From contig JACPJN010000009.1 of NCBI GenBank assembly GCA_016187515.1, positions 4,891 through 68,890 of the forward strand: a DNA stretch of 64,000 bases, written 5' to 3'. Shown in pieces: positions 18,706-30,049 of this stretch; position 1 is the stretch's first letter; each line of letters opens with the position of its first letter. The DNA comes from Candidatus Uhrbacteria bacterium (GTDB taxonomy: Bacteria; Patescibacteriota; Patescibacteriia; GWA2-47-26). The translations under genes were made by a program, and so were the position numbers. The notes beneath the pieces were generated by a model. That model was not told the DNA's origin. It did not search any database and was given only the letters and a program-made list of their open reading frames with translations.

Positions 18706-20421
18706 TCAAGATCGTGATTTCGCCGCAACTCCATGGTGCGTCCGCCGCTCAATAAATTCATGCAAAAATTCGTGAACAATATCGTGCGCCGCGTGAAACC
18801 CCTGCTCCAGAAGATGCGCGATCGGGCGGGCCTCCGGCGCGTATTCCACATGCGCGCGCACCTCGCCGTCTTCAAAAAACCGGATATGGCATTGCTTTTC
18901 ATGATCCAAAAGTTTGCGCAAACCCGTAATTTCGCCCTGATCAATCCATTCCGGCCGCACTACTTCAAAACCGATCATTTTAAGGTGCGCGACCGCGGTC
19001 TCCGGCGCGACCTCGGGCTTAATCCAACCCACGTGAAATCGCTGTCGCCGTAAAAATTTGTGCGTCATGGCAAAACGCAAAACCCAATCGCGCACCAGCG
19101 GAACGGCCACATCCAAAAAATGCCAGAGCAATCGCGTCCATAAGGAACGCTGCGGCAGCATTAGCGGATACACATAGCGCACGCGTTTGTCCGCGATAAT
19201 TCCATCCCAAAGCGCGCCCGCCGCGTTTTGCGGCGCGCCTTGCGTCGGATAGTGATGAAAATCCAGCATGGGAATGGAATTGGCCTCAATAATCCCGCAG
19301 TTCTGCTCATGATAAGGCCGATTTAGGTCTTCCGCGATCATATCAAACCCAACCAAATCCGTGCCGAATATTCTGGCGGCGCGCCGAAACATCTCGCGAT
19401 TTTCCGGATGCAAAAGCGGGGTTTCCTCATAGATATCGCCGCCCGATCCGATCGAGGGTTTGCTGTGGAGAATAATTTTTTCGCCCGGCGCGGGAACATG
19501 ATCAAGGGTAAGGCCTTGGGCGGTAAGAGCAATCTCGGTTGTCGTGACCCCCTCTTTCTCCCCCTTTTTAAGGGGGAGATTAAGTGGGGGTAACGGAATC
19601 TTGTGCAATGTCGTATCCCTCTGCCCGGTCTCCCCTCTCCGCGGATCGGTATTTTTCAATTTAACAAGTTCGCGCACCGTATGCGCGCCATCGCCGGAAA
19701 CATTCGGCGCCTCCCGGCGCGCCACAAACACCTGATTAAAATTAATCACCGTAACGCGATAAAGGTTGCCGATTAAAAAACGCTCCACAATAAAGCGCGG
19801 ATCATACTGTTTGGCCAGATTGATCGCGCGCGCCAGCTCTTCCGCGGTGCGCACCGGCGCGCTGACATGATAAGCATGCGTGCCTCGCGCGGGTTTAACC
19901 GCCAAAGGAAATCCCAATTTTTTGCCAAACCATCGGCCATGTTTCGCGCTCCAAAAAACTTTACCGGGCGATGCCGGAAAACCGGCTTGCAAAAGCCGCT
20001 TTTTGGTCCAGGCCTTGTCGTCTAAATGGAAATTAAGAAAGCGGCTGGCCACGGCGTCAAAATAATAGCGCTTGCCGCCAAATTTCACGCGATAATAAGT
20101 GGAAACGCGGCCGAGAAGTTTTATGGATTCAATGCTGATGCGGCGCGTCCGCGCTTCAGCAATTATGGCCCAGCTGCGTGGCCAATGCTCGGTTCTGTCA
20201 AATTGCGCGGTAAAACGCACCACGCCCAGCATTTCCATGAGTTTGTACCAAAAATGCGCTGCGGAAAACCATTTCGGAAACCGCGGCAGTTGCGCCACGG
20301 CCTTCTTGGAAAAAAAATCTTGAAACAAAATATCCAAATACGCCTGTAAACGAATTCCCGCGTGCGAGCGGATTTTATTGGGGTAACAAGCGGGACAGTA
20401 GGGCTGGGTCATATGTGTCAA
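18706..20421 (-). CDS. ATP-grasp family ligase (RimK/cyanophycin-synthetase-like) with an extra C-terminal domain
   Basis: Central ATP-grasp motifs (KPARGTHAYHV, ERFLIGNLYRVTVI, GIIEANSIP). In-frame repeat insert at 19546-19596. Confidence 0.55.
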   Translation of the reverse strand: MTHMTQPYCPACYPNKIRSHAGIRLQAYLDILFQDFFSKKAVAQLPRFPKWFSAAHFWYKLMEMLGVVRFTAQFDRTEHWPRSWAIIAEARTRRISIESIKLLGRVSTYYRVKFGGKRYYFDAVASRFLNFHLDDKAWTKKRLLQAGFPASPGKVFWSAKHGRWFGKKLGFPLAVKPARGTHAYHVSAPVRTAEELARAINLAKQYDPRFIVERFLIGNLYRVTVINFNQVFVARREAPNVSGDGAHTVRELVKLKNTDPRRGETGQRDTTLHKIPLPPLNLPLKKGEKEGVTTTEIALTAQGLTLDHVPAPGEKIILHSKPSIGSGGDIYEETPLLHPENREMFRRAARIFGTDLVGFDMIAEDLNRPYHEQNCGIIEANSIPMLDFHHYPTQGAPQNAAGALWDGIIADKRVRYVYPLMLPQRSLWTRLLWHFLDVAVPLVRDWVLRFAMTHKFLRRQRFHVGWIKPEVAPETAVAHLKMIGFEVVRPEWIDQGEITGLRKLLDHEKQCHIRFFEDGEVRAHVEYAPEARPIAHLLEQGFHAAHDIVHEFLHEFIERRTHHGVAAKSRS

Positions 20422-20484
20422 GCACTATACCACAAACCTCCCCTTAAGGTAAGGGGAGGTAGGAGGGTTATGCAAATCTCATGA

Positions 20485-20937
20485 TTATTCCTGCCCTGTC
20501 TGCGTTCCGGAAACAACCGGACCGCCGTGGCCGCGATGCCGCCGCGCGACTTTGAGGCGTGCAAGCTCGCGTTCCAGGCCCGCGGCTGCCGCGGCAAAGG
20601 TCTCGTCATCCATGTTACGCTTTTCCGTAAGTGCGCGCTCCGCATCCGCTCGCGCCTTTTCAATCGCGGCTACTGTCAACTCCTCCGCCCGCTCCGCGGT
20701 ATCGGCAAGCACCACTACCCTATTTTGTGGCTGAACCTCTATGAAGCCACCCGACACGGCCATATACTGCTCGCCTTTGCCTTTTCGCACGGTAATCGCG
20801 CCGGGCACAAGCACCGAAACAAGCGGGATATGCTGAGGAAGTACCGTAATCTCCCCTTCTTTGGTGGGTAAGGTAATACTGTCCACCTCATCACGATAAA
20901 CGATTCTCTCTGGAGTTGCTATCTCAAATGCTATCAT
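20485..20937 (-). CDS. atpC: F1Fo ATP synthase epsilon subunit
   Basis: N-terminal beta-sandwich plus C-terminal helical hairpin. Last gene of the atp operon. Confidence 0.85.
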   Translation of the reverse strand: MIAFEIATPERIVYRDEVDSITLPTKEGEITVLPQHIPLVSVLVPGAITVRKGKGEQYMAVSGGFIEVQPQNRVVVLADTAERAEELTVAAIEKARADAERALTEKRNMDDETFAAAAAGLERELARLKVARRHRGHGGPVVSGTQTGQE

Positions 20938-20938
20938 A

Positions 20939-22369
<1,431 letters not shown>

Positions 22370-22603
22370 TTATTCTGCAAATTTAAAACATCCTTCGCAT
22401 TGAGGTGTATCGCCTGACGGACGTTCTCTGATGATACACCCAGTAGATTTTACATCCTGCATATACTGTTCCATATTAACTCCTTTGCCGCTTAGTAGCT
22501 CAAGATGCGATTTCCAACACGACGGACAAAAATCACCATCCGGGGAACTCATCCACCCTTCAACACTTAATGTCTCCATTCGTGTTTTTCGTGTTTCATC
22601 CAT
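22370..22603 (-). CDS. Hypothetical small Cys-rich protein (CPSC...CEGC zinc-ribbon-like) between atpG and atpD
   Basis: AT-rich 77-aa ORF MDETRKTRMETLSVEGW...CPSCWKS...CEGCFKFAE. The track ORF extends spuriously to 22765 through the displaced atpG fragment. Confidence 0.3.
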   Translation of the reverse strand: MDETRKTRMETLSVEGWMSSPDGDFCPSCWKSHLELLSGKGVNMEQYMQDVKSTGCIIRERPSGDTPQCEGCFKFAE

Positions 22604-22608
22604 ATCAC

Positions 22609-22668
22609 TATTCCACCGCCGCTTTGCCGGCGGAAATTTCCGCGATTTCGCGGGTGATCGTGGCTTGC
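22609..22668 (-). pseudogene. Displaced, recoded copy of the last 19 codons of atpG (QATITREIAEISAGKAAVE*)
   Basis: Translation is identical to the atpG C-terminus (one L/V difference), but about 35% of nucleotides differ, all at synonymous positions. It is GC-rich like the atpG body, whereas the current atpG tail at 22809-22868 is AT-rich. Confidence 0.6.
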
Positions 22669-22808
22669 CCTGTAGTAGAAGTCCGACGACTCTGCGCTTT
22701 GCCCCGTAGTAGAGCAAAGCTTCACTACAGGGCTTTGCGCAGGTCAGTGTGCGCCTCCGTCGCAATGTCGGACTTTCACTACGGGGCGTGGCGGGTTTGA
22801 TTATTTAA

Positions 22809-23867
22809 TTATTCTAATGCTGCTTTACCTGCTGATATCTCGGCTATCTCCCTAGTAATAGTAGCTTGCCGTGCCTGATTGAACGTAAAGGTTAAGTCAT
22901 CAATCATATCGCGCGCGGCGTCCGAGGCGTTTTTCATCGCCACCATGCGCGCGGAATGTTCAGAGGCGGATGATTCCAAAATTGCTTGGTACACTTGAAC
23001 TTCCACCAACCGCGGGAGCATACCGTCCAGCACTTCGGCCGGGGTCGGCTCGAAAAGGTAGGAGTAGGAGTAGTTCGCCGATCGTAACCCCTCCTCGCCT
23101 CCCCTTACCCTAAGGGGAGGAACCGATCGATCTCCCTCCCTTAAGGTAAGGGAGGGTTGGGGTGGGTTATGAATTCCGCCCGCCACGACTTCCTTCGTCA
23201 ACGGCAGCAACTGTTTCACATTCGGCACTTGGCGGATGGACGAAATAAAATCCGTGTAAGCAAGATACACGGCATCATACTTGCCAGCCACGAAATCCGT
23301 AATTGCAAGTTGCGCGACCGGCCGTACATCCGTAATCCGCGGATTATTGCTTAAATTATTAAATGTCGCGACAATATTCCAGCCCAGCCGTCGGGCAAGG
23401 TCAGTTCCCTTTTTGCCTACTGTCAGAAAGTCTATCTTAATAGCGTTTTTTGGCGTTGTAATAGCGTCGGACTGGCGATCATGCTTAGAAGCCATACGTA
23501 CGCCATCATTACGCCATGAGACGCTATTTAAGCGCACAAACTCTATTACTCGTTTTGCCATTTGCGCGTTGAAGCCGCCGCAAAGTCCGCGGTCGGACGA
23601 AACAAGTACCACAAGTGCGCGTTCCATTTTTTCCGGCTGCCGCAAAAGCGCGTGATGCGCCGCATCCGTCACTTTTGCCAGTTCCCCGACGGTTTCCCAA
23701 CCAAGATTTGCATACGGCCGCGTACCCAGCGTAGCATTTACCGCCCGGCGCATTTTGGACGCCGAAACCAGCTCCATGGCTTTGGTTATTTTTTTAGTGT
23801 TCGAAATACTCTTAATTCTCCTTTTAATAATTCTGGTACTCACGGGCATAGTTTGGGTAGAAGCCAT
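22809..23867 (-). CDS. atpG: F1Fo ATP synthase gamma subunit with an in-frame double repeat insertion
   Basis: Gamma N- and C-terminal helices. The insert at 23083-23171 encodes ...HNPPQPSLTLREGDRSVPPLRVRGGEEGLR.... Confidence 0.85.
   Translation of the reverse strand: MASTQTMPVSTRIIKRRIKSISNTKKITKAMELVSASKMRRAVNATLGTRPYANLGWETVGELAKVTDAAHHALLRQPEKMERALVVLVSSDRGLCGGFNAQMAKRVIEFVRLNSVSWRNDGVRMASKHDRQSDAITTPKNAIKIDFLTVGKKGTDLARRLGWNIVATFNNLSNNPRITDVRPVAQLAITDFVAGKYDAVYLAYTDFISSIRQVPNVKQLLPLTKEVVAGGIHNPPQPSLTLREGDRSVPPLRVRGGEEGLRSANYSYSYLFEPTPAEVLDGMLPRLVEVQVYQAILESSASEHSARMVAMKNASDAARDMIDDLTFTFNQARQATITREIAEISAGKAALE
23083..23171. repeat. Family-1 double element (reverse-complement unit plus forward unit), in frame in atpG
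   Basis: CGTAACCCCTCCTCGCCTCCCCTTACCCTAAGGGGAGG then CTCCCTCCCTTAAGGTAAGGGAGGGTTGGGGTGGGTTATG. Confidence 0.85.
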
Positions 23868-23938
23868 TTTACGCTATAACTACGCCAGGGGAAACGCCAA
23901 TTGGCGTAAGGTGGCGTTGTGATGGCGTATCCTGGCTT

Positions 23939-25435
23939 CTAGATTTTCTTAAATTCCTCAATCGCCCCTTTTAATTTTTTCTCCACATCGGCCGTCAACT
24001 CCTTTCCTTTATGAATCGCGGCAATTACATCCTTTCGCGCATTGGCAAAGTATTTGTGGAACCGTTCTTCAAAATCCGCAACTTTATCAGTCGGCACATC
24101 GTCAAGATAGCCATTAACCGCCGCGTATAAAATCGCAACTTGATTCTCCACTGCCAAAGGCGTGTATTGCAATTGCTTCAAAATTTCAACCAGCCGCCGG
24201 CCGCGTTCAATTTGCGCGCGGGTTTGCGGATCAAGTTCAGACGCAAACTGTGCAAATGCTTCTAGCTCGCGGAATTGCGCCAGATCAAGTCGTAAACGGC
24301 CGGCTACTTTTTTCATGGCTTTAATCTGCGCCGCGCCTCCTACACGGGATACGGAAAGTCCCACATTGAGGGCCGGCCGAATTCCGCGATAAAATAGATC
24401 CGTTTCAAGATAAATCTGCCCGTCAGTAATGGAAATCACATTGGTCGGAATATAAGCCGACACATCTCCGGCTTGTGTTTCAATAATCGGCAGCGCAGTC
24501 AATGATCCGCCACCGCGGGCCTTGGACATTTTCGCGGCTCGCTCAAGCAGACGCGAGTGCAAATAAAAAATATCTCCAGGATATGCTTCTCGCCCCGGCG
24601 GACGACGGAGCAAAAGCGAGATTTGCCGATAAGCCCAGGCATGCTTGGATAAATCATCATAGACCACCAGCGCGTCTTTGCCTTGATCCATAAAATACTC
24701 ACCCAAAGCGCATCCGGCATACGGCGCGATAAACGAAAGCGCGGCTGGATCCGACGCGCCGGCAACCACCACAATAGTATTTTCCATCGCCCCGGCTTCT
24801 TCAAGTTTAGCCACAATCTTCGCGATCTTGGACTCTTTTTGCCCGATCGCGACGTAAACCGAAATTACATCCGCGCCGCGCTGATTGATAATCGTATCAA
24901 TCGCTACCGCGGTTTTTCCAACTTGCCGGTCGCCGATAATCAACTCGCGCTGACCCCGGCCAACCGGGATCATCGCGTCAACTGCTTTAATTCCGGTCTG
25001 GAGCGGCGTATCAACCGGCGCGCGGTCAATTACTCCGGGAGCAATTTTTTCAACCGGATAATCCGCGCTCTTTTTTATCGCGCCCTTGCCATCAAGCGGA
25101 TTTCCCAGCGGATCAATGACCCGACCCACAAACGCGTTACCCACCGGAATGGATAGCACTTTTCCGGTACTTTTGACCGTATCCCCCTCCTTAATATGGG
25201 CGTAATCACCAAGCACCATGGCGCCGACCATGCCCTCTTCTAAATTCAATACGACCCCATACACCCCGCCGGATAGTTCCAGCATCTCCGAGGCCATTGC
25301 CTCCGAAAGTCCGGAAACACGTACAATTCCGTCCGCCACTTCCAAAACCGTGCCCACATGCTCCATTTTAGCGTCGGACTTAAACTCCTTAAGCTGCTGT
25401 TTTAGGGTTTCAATGACTTGCGATTTTTGTGTCAT
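23939..25435 (-). CDS. atpA: F1Fo ATP synthase alpha subunit
   Basis: Walker A GDRQVGKT plus alpha-specific N and C domains. 498 aa. Confidence 0.9.
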   Translation of the reverse strand: MTQKSQVIETLKQQLKEFKSDAKMEHVGTVLEVADGIVRVSGLSEAMASEMLELSGGVYGVVLNLEEGMVGAMVLGDYAHIKEGDTVKSTGKVLSIPVGNAFVGRVIDPLGNPLDGKGAIKKSADYPVEKIAPGVIDRAPVDTPLQTGIKAVDAMIPVGRGQRELIIGDRQVGKTAVAIDTIINQRGADVISVYVAIGQKESKIAKIVAKLEEAGAMENTIVVVAGASDPAALSFIAPYAGCALGEYFMDQGKDALVVYDDLSKHAWAYRQISLLLRRPPGREAYPGDIFYLHSRLLERAAKMSKARGGGSLTALPIIETQAGDVSAYIPTNVISITDGQIYLETDLFYRGIRPALNVGLSVSRVGGAAQIKAMKKVAGRLRLDLAQFRELEAFAQFASELDPQTRAQIERGRRLVEILKQLQYTPLAVENQVAILYAAVNGYLDDVPTDKVADFEERFHKYFANARKDVIAAIHKGKELTADVEKKLKGAIEEFKKI

Positions 25436-25818
25436 AAAGTGCTGCGCAGCGCGCGTAAGCGCGCGCGTAAAGTATCATCAATCATATAATCACCGGCCCT
25501 GATGCGCGCGCCACCGATTAGCGCCGGATCTTCCCTTGATTTTATCTCCACTTTTACATTTTTTCCCAATTGCTTTCCGATTTCGGAAAACACACTTTTT
25601 TGCGCTGTCCGCGCGGTAGTAACTTCCACATCAATCACTCCTTCCCGCGCGTTGTAATACTGGGAATAAAACATTAAAATCTTCGGCAATTTATTTAATG
25701 CGCGCTGCTTGAAAAGCAAATTCAAAAAATCGCGCGTGCGCTCTTCAATTTCCTTCTTCGGCTCGTCCTTCGTAAGCTCGTAGAGCAAAATGGCGTATTG
25801 TTTTGGAGTGATTTTCAT
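25432..25818 (-). CDS. atpH: F1Fo ATP synthase delta (OSCP) subunit, short form
   Basis: 128 aa. Positioned between atpF and atpA with a 4-nt overlap. OSCP-like C-terminus. Confidence 0.65.
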   Translation of the reverse strand: MKITPKQYAILLYELTKDEPKKEIEERTRDFLNLLFKQRALNKLPKILMFYSQYYNAREGVIDVEVTTARTAQKSVFSEIGKQLGKNVKVEIKSREDPALIGGARIRAGDYMIDDTLRARLRALRSTL

Positions 25819-25902
25819 ATGTGCTGTGGTAAATCAAGTAAAGCAAGTAAATCAGGCAAGTCAAGCACTTGATTTACCTGTCTCGCTTGATTTACTCACA
25901 AT

Positions 25903-26409
25903 TCAAGCCCTCCCAATCCTCACCTTCTTGACCGCGCTTTCAATCAGCTGCTTATCAATTTCCGGGGTCATCACGCCGCCCAGCACATGCTCGGTCGCGT
26001 GCGCAACAATATCCGCGAGCTCGTCTTCGGCCTCCTCCATAATCTGATCCCGTTCCGCAGCAAACCGCGCTCGCCCGCTGGCAATAATTTTTTCCGCTTC
26101 TTTCTGGGCTTTCGCGGCAAGTTCGGCGCGGATTTTTTCTGCTTCTTTTTGTGTGGCCTCTAAAATTTTCTGCGCCTCGGCGCGCGCGCCGCGCAATTTT
26201 GACTCATACATCTCTCCGGTTTCGCGCAATTTCTTTTCCACCGCGTCCGCGTTTTTCAATCCTTCCTCAATCCGCGCGGACCGCTCATGCAATAATTTAA
26301 GCACGGGCTTGTATAAAAATTTATACAATAGCGCAAGCAGGATGGTAAAATTAATAAGCTGGGCGATAAGCAGCCGCCAATCAATGCCGAGATTGGATAA
26401 GAGTTCCAT
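25903..26409 (-). CDS. atpF: F1Fo ATP synthase subunit b
   Basis: Single N-terminal TM helix plus a long charged helical stalk (EAQKILEATQKEAEKIRAELAAKAQKEAEKI). Confidence 0.7.
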   Translation of the reverse strand: MELLSNLGIDWRLLIAQLINFTILLALLYKFLYKPVLKLLHERSARIEEGLKNADAVEKKLRETGEMYESKLRGARAEAQKILEATQKEAEKIRAELAAKAQKEAEKIIASGRARFAAERDQIMEEAEDELADIVAHATEHVLGGVMTPEIDKQLIESAVKKVRIGRA

Positions 26410-26504
26410 ATATTTTGAATTACGCTGAACTTATACTGAACTGGAACGGAACATCGCTGAATTCCGTGTGTGTTCCGTCCTGGTTCTGTGCAGGTTCCGC
26501 GTTC

Positions 26505-26750
<246 letters not shown>

Positions 26751-26867
26751 CTACTGCTTACCACGTGGAATTGGATTTTTAACGTGGGCTTTCGGCGTTT
26801 GTTAGGGTTTAGCGTTAAGCGTCTAGCGTCAAGTACTAAACGCTATACGCTAGACCCTAGACGCTCT

Positions 26868-27635
26868 TCAATGTGCGACTTCATGTTTTTCATGGCTAGT
26901 AACTGCCATTTTCATAAATACCAGCGTCAGCATGGAGAATACCACGGCTTGCACCAATCCGACAAATATCTCCAACATCAAAAACGGCAGCGGTACTACA
27001 TATGGTACCAGAAATAGCGCCACTGTCAAAAGCACCTCGCCCGCGAAGATGTTGCCAAACAACCGGAAGGAGAACGAGACGATTTTCGCGGCCTCGGCCA
27101 CAAGTTCAAGCGCGCCCACAAATGTCCCCACCACATACGGGGCTTTCCATGGCGGAACCAGGAATTTGCCCGCGTATTTGAAGGCCCCCAGCGCCACGAT
27201 GCCTAGAATTTGTGTGGATAACACCGAAACGATCGCGATCGCGAGCGTCACGTTCAGATCGGCCGAGGAAGAACGGATGAACGGAACCAGCACTTCTTTT
27301 CCATGATGCACCTCCCATAAACCAATGGTTCCCAACCCCGGCACAATTTCAATTAAATTGGAAAATAATACAAACAAAAAAATCGTCATCACCACCGGAA
27401 AAAACTTGTACGAAAGTTTGCGATCACCGGTTACGCTGTCCATCAGTCCAAGCGCGCTCTCAAATAATGCTTCCACCAGATTCTGCGCGCCGCGCGGGAC
27501 GGTACGCAATTTTCCGCGTACCGTGAGCGCCAGCGCCACCAATATCAAAATCACCAGCCAGGCCATGGGTAAGGTATTTACAAATGGAAAGGTTCCGATG
27601 TGAAAGAGTGCTTCGGGAGCTAAACTTATGTTCAT
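26868..27635 (-). CDS. atpB: F1Fo ATP synthase subunit a
   Basis: Multi-TM protein with the conserved Arg region. Start set to MNISLAPE because the track N-terminus (MIYLSRLIYLIYYN) is read through the intergenic GTAAATCAAG repeat. Confidence 0.75.
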   Translation of the reverse strand: MNISLAPEALFHIGTFPFVNTLPMAWLVILILVALALTVRGKLRTVPRGAQNLVEALFESALGLMDSVTGDRKLSYKFFPVVMTIFLFVLFSNLIEIVPGLGTIGLWEVHHGKEVLVPFIRSSSADLNVTLAIAIVSVLSTQILGIVALGAFKYAGKFLVPPWKAPYVVGTFVGALELVAEAAKIVSFSFRLFGNIFAGEVLLTVALFLVPYVVPLPFLMLEIFVGLVQAVVFSMLTLVFMKMAVTSHEKHEVAH

Positions 27636-27644
27636 TGGATTGTA

Positions 27645-27722
27645 GTAAATCAGGTAAATCAAGCGAGACAAGTAAATCAAGCGCTTGATTTACTTAATTT
27701 ACTTGCTTTACTTGATTTACTT
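27645..27722. repeat. Family-4 GTAAATCAAG-word dyad spacer between atpI-like and atpB
   Basis: Same word set at 13039-13067 (after def), 25829-25897 (atpH/atpF spacer) and 38455-38531 (rpsM/rpmJ spacer). Confidence 0.8.
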
Positions 27723-27992
27723 TTTACTAATAATCTTCATCATTTTAAAATAAACCAACCACGAACTCACCACAAGCGAAATTCCAATTCCAACCAGCAG
27801 CAGCCACGGGCTGGTCTCAAATCTACGGTCCAGCCAGCGACCCCCCAGCGCCAACACCACGAGCGGCACTGCAATAGTATACCCCAATTCCCAAGCCAAA
27901 GAAAGGGCCGACCATGTTCCGTTTTCACGATCTCCCTCCCTTAAGTTAAGGGAGGGTTGGGGAGAGTTATGCTCAACTTTTTCATCTGTCAT
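27717..27992 (-). CDS. AtpZ/AtpI-like small membrane protein (atp operon leader gene) with an in-frame repeat
   Basis: Two TM helices (LSLAWELGYTIAVPLVVLALGG, WLLLVGIGISLVVSSWLVYF). Repeat 27931-27971 encodes [14 protein letters not shown] at the N-terminus. Confidence 0.4.
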   Translation of the reverse strand: MTDEKVEHNSPQPSLNLREGDRENGTWSALSLAWELGYTIAVPLVVLALGGRWLDRRFETSPWLLLVGIGISLVVSSWLVYFKMMKIISKK

Positions 27993-28180
27993 ATTCGTTG
28001 CATTCGTCCAACTATTCGTTGATTTGTACACAATTGAAAATTTATCCAGTATACCCCGCCGCCCGATTCCGGTCAAAGGTTTTTTATCAACACCCGCCCA
28101 TCACAATCCCCCTCCCTTAAGGTAAGGGAGGGCTGGGGTGGGTTATGTCGCTTATTTTAGCACAAATCCGCAATTTGCGC

Positions 28181-28209
28181 TTGACAAAAATCCAACTTTG
28201 TGCTATCAT
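28181..28209 (+). promoter_or_regulatory. Promoter CTTGACA-N17-(TGc)TATCAT on a GC-rich islet
   Basis: TTGACA at 28181-28186 and TGCTATCAT at 28201-28209. Same architecture as the promoters at 54332-54360 and 44413-44441 (minus). Confidence 0.5.
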
Positions 28210-28281
28210 TAAGCCACGAAATGAGGCATGGCGTGGGTAAGTCCACGGCCACCTCTTTGGCTCTTCACCACAAGGAGTACC

Positions 28282-28503
28282 ATGAGAACTCACCAGCTGC
28301 CCGTATCGGTTCCTGGCGCCACGCACTTCGTCTGCATGGACGAAGGCGAGCGACCGCCGGTCGATGACGTGATCGCGTTCGCCCGCGCCAACGGCGCCAC
28401 GACCCGCGTGGACGGCGAGGAGATGCTTCTCGTCCGCCTGTACGACGAAGACACCTTCTGCGGGATGAACCGTCACTCCCTCAACGCCGGCCTCACGGAG
28501 TAG
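28282..28503 (+). CDS. Hypothetical 73-aa protein on a 65%-GC islet flanked by palindromic repeats
   Basis: AAGGAG RBS 7 nt upstream, strong GC3 bias, own consensus promoter. Flanked by repeat copies at 28106-28147 and 28582-28700. A T-tract follows at 28566-28576. Confidence 0.4.
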   Translation: MRTHQLPVSVPGATHFVCMDEGERPPVDDVIAFARANGATTRVDGEEMLLVRLYDEDTFCGMNRHSLNAGLTE

Positions 28504-28581
28504 TCGTCAGGCGACCACGGTCGCCCCGCTCCACCCGCTGCCTGTGTCCCAACACGCGCCGCGGGCTTTTTTTTATTCCAA

Positions 28582-28700
28582 TCCCCTCCCTTAAGGTAAG
28601 GGAGGGCTAGGGTGGGTTATGAGTCGTGCACCGTTCGTAACCCCTCCCATCCCTCCCTTCGCGAAGGGAGGGACCAACCTCCCCTTACCCTAAGGGGAGG
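28582..28700. repeat. Family-1 triple element (intergenic, downstream of the GC-rich islet)
   Basis: Forward unit, then a CCCTCCCTTCGCGAAGGGAGGG hairpin, then a reverse-complement unit. Confidence 0.8.
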
Positions 28701-30009
28701 AAATTGATCGTATCAATTTTTCAATCTGCCTCTCCCATCTAAACTCATGCACGACTCGCGCTTTGGCGTTTTGGCCAAGCTCGTAACGCAACGCGTCATC
28801 ACGCAAAAGTTGCACGGCCACGCGGGCAAACGCGGCCGGATCATTGGGATCAACCAGTGCTCCGGTTTTTCCATCCAAGATTGCTTCGGGTATTCCTCCG
28901 CTCCGTCCGCCAATTGATGGCTTACCAAACATTGCGGCTTCCAAAAAGACAATTCCAAATCCTTCTACATCCGCGCCGATCTGACGCGAAGGCATGACAA
29001 ACAGATCACAAAGCGCAAAATAAGCCGCCCGCTCTTCGTCGGACACCACACCGACAAAACGTACATAGGGTTGCAACCCCCCGCTCCCACCCCTCCCTCC
29101 CACCCCCTCTTGATCTCCCCCTCGGGTCCCGGCTGCGGCCGAGGATCCTCGATTCTCGAGAATCGGGACAGGGGGAGAGATTCCTCGGGCAGGGGAGGAA
29201 ATTGAATCGTTTCTCCCCCTCTCCGAGGGGGAGTTAGAGGGGGTCTGGAGTGCAGACTCCGCCACCATCCTCTGCAATCTCCCCAAATCCGGCCCATCTC
29301 CCGCCACCACATACACCACCTCCGGCACGTGCTGTAAAATCTCCGGCAACGCCTTAATCACCAAATCATGCCCTTTCCGCTCCACCACCCGCCCAAGCGT
29401 CAAAATCACACGCTTACCCACAAGCCCCAATTTCCGGCGCAACAATTCCACATCTTCCGTTTTCACATCAGTGGAAATCTCCGGACACGGATACACCACA
29501 ATCATCCGGTTGCGATTGCTCACGATCGTGAATTTTTGCAACCGCGCATTTTCAATGCAACGCTTGGTAAACTCGCTGTTGGCCACGATGAGCTTCGCGT
29601 GCGATAAAATCTTTTTTGTCAGCCACCGTTTCCGCCAGGACTTTTGCGCCATAAGCACATCCATGCCGTGCGTAAATACGACATACGGAACGCGCTTGCG
29701 CAACAGATACGCCACCGTGCCAAGGGGCAACACGTGTCCAACAAAAAGCAAGTCGTATTTTTGCTTCTTCAATACTCGCCGCACCGTGCGATATGTCTTA
29801 AACCACCGCGGCCAAACCCATCCCAACAATTCTCCTCCCCTTAAGGTAAGGGGAGGATGGGAGGGGTTATGCCAATGTGGGCCATCATCCGCAACCACAT
29901 CCACTCCATGCCCTTGCCTCTTCAACTCTTCAACCAACCCCCCATAATACGACGCCACTCCCCCATGTTGCGGCGGATACTCCAGGGTAATCAACAAAAT
30001 TTTTTTCAT
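28690..30009 (-). CDS. GT4-family glycosyltransferase with two in-frame repeat insertions
   Basis: GT-B N-terminus MKKILLITLEYPPQHGGV and C-terminal E..7E-like region. Inserts at 29834-29871 ([13 protein letters not shown]) and 29076-29246 (about 55 aa, Ser/Gly/Pro-rich). Confidence 0.75.
   Translation of the reverse strand: MKKILLITLEYPPQHGGVASYYGGLVEELKRQGHGVDVVADDGPHWHNPSHPPLTLRGGELLGWVWPRWFKTYRTVRRVLKKQKYDLLFVGHVLPLGTVAYLLRKRVPYVVFTHGMDVLMAQKSWRKRWLTKKILSHAKLIVANSEFTKRCIENARLQKFTIVSNRNRMIVVYPCPEISTDVKTEDVELLRRKLGLVGKRVILTLGRVVERKGHDLVIKALPEILQHVPEVVYVVAGDGPDLGRLQRMVAESALQTPSNSPSERGRNDSISSPARGISPPVPILENRGSSAAAGTRGGDQEGVGGRGGSGGLQPYVRFVGVVSDEERAAYFALCDLFVMPSRQIGADVEGFGIVFLEAAMFGKPSIGGRSGGIPEAILDGKTGALVDPNDPAAFARVAVQLLRDDALRYELGQNAKARVVHEFRWERQIEKLIRSISSP
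29076..29246. repeat. Composite GC hairpin cluster of about 170 bp (E-type CTCCCCCTC..GAGGGGGAGTTAGAGGGGGT units), in frame in the GT4 gene
   Basis: Three hairpins including CTCGATTCTCGAGAATCGGG. The same E-type tail is seen at 12224-12274, 41701-41750, 7548-7583 and 4397-4513. Confidence 0.75.
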
Positions 30010-30049
30010 AAATGCAAACTAAGGCGAAACTAACATACTTTACAGTATG

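Noticed and set aside
28117-28476. 119-aa minus-strand ORF on the GC-rich islet
   Set aside because: The plus-strand 73-aa frame has the promoter, the AAGGAG RBS and strong GC3 bias. The minus frame ends inside a palindromic repeat and has no signals.
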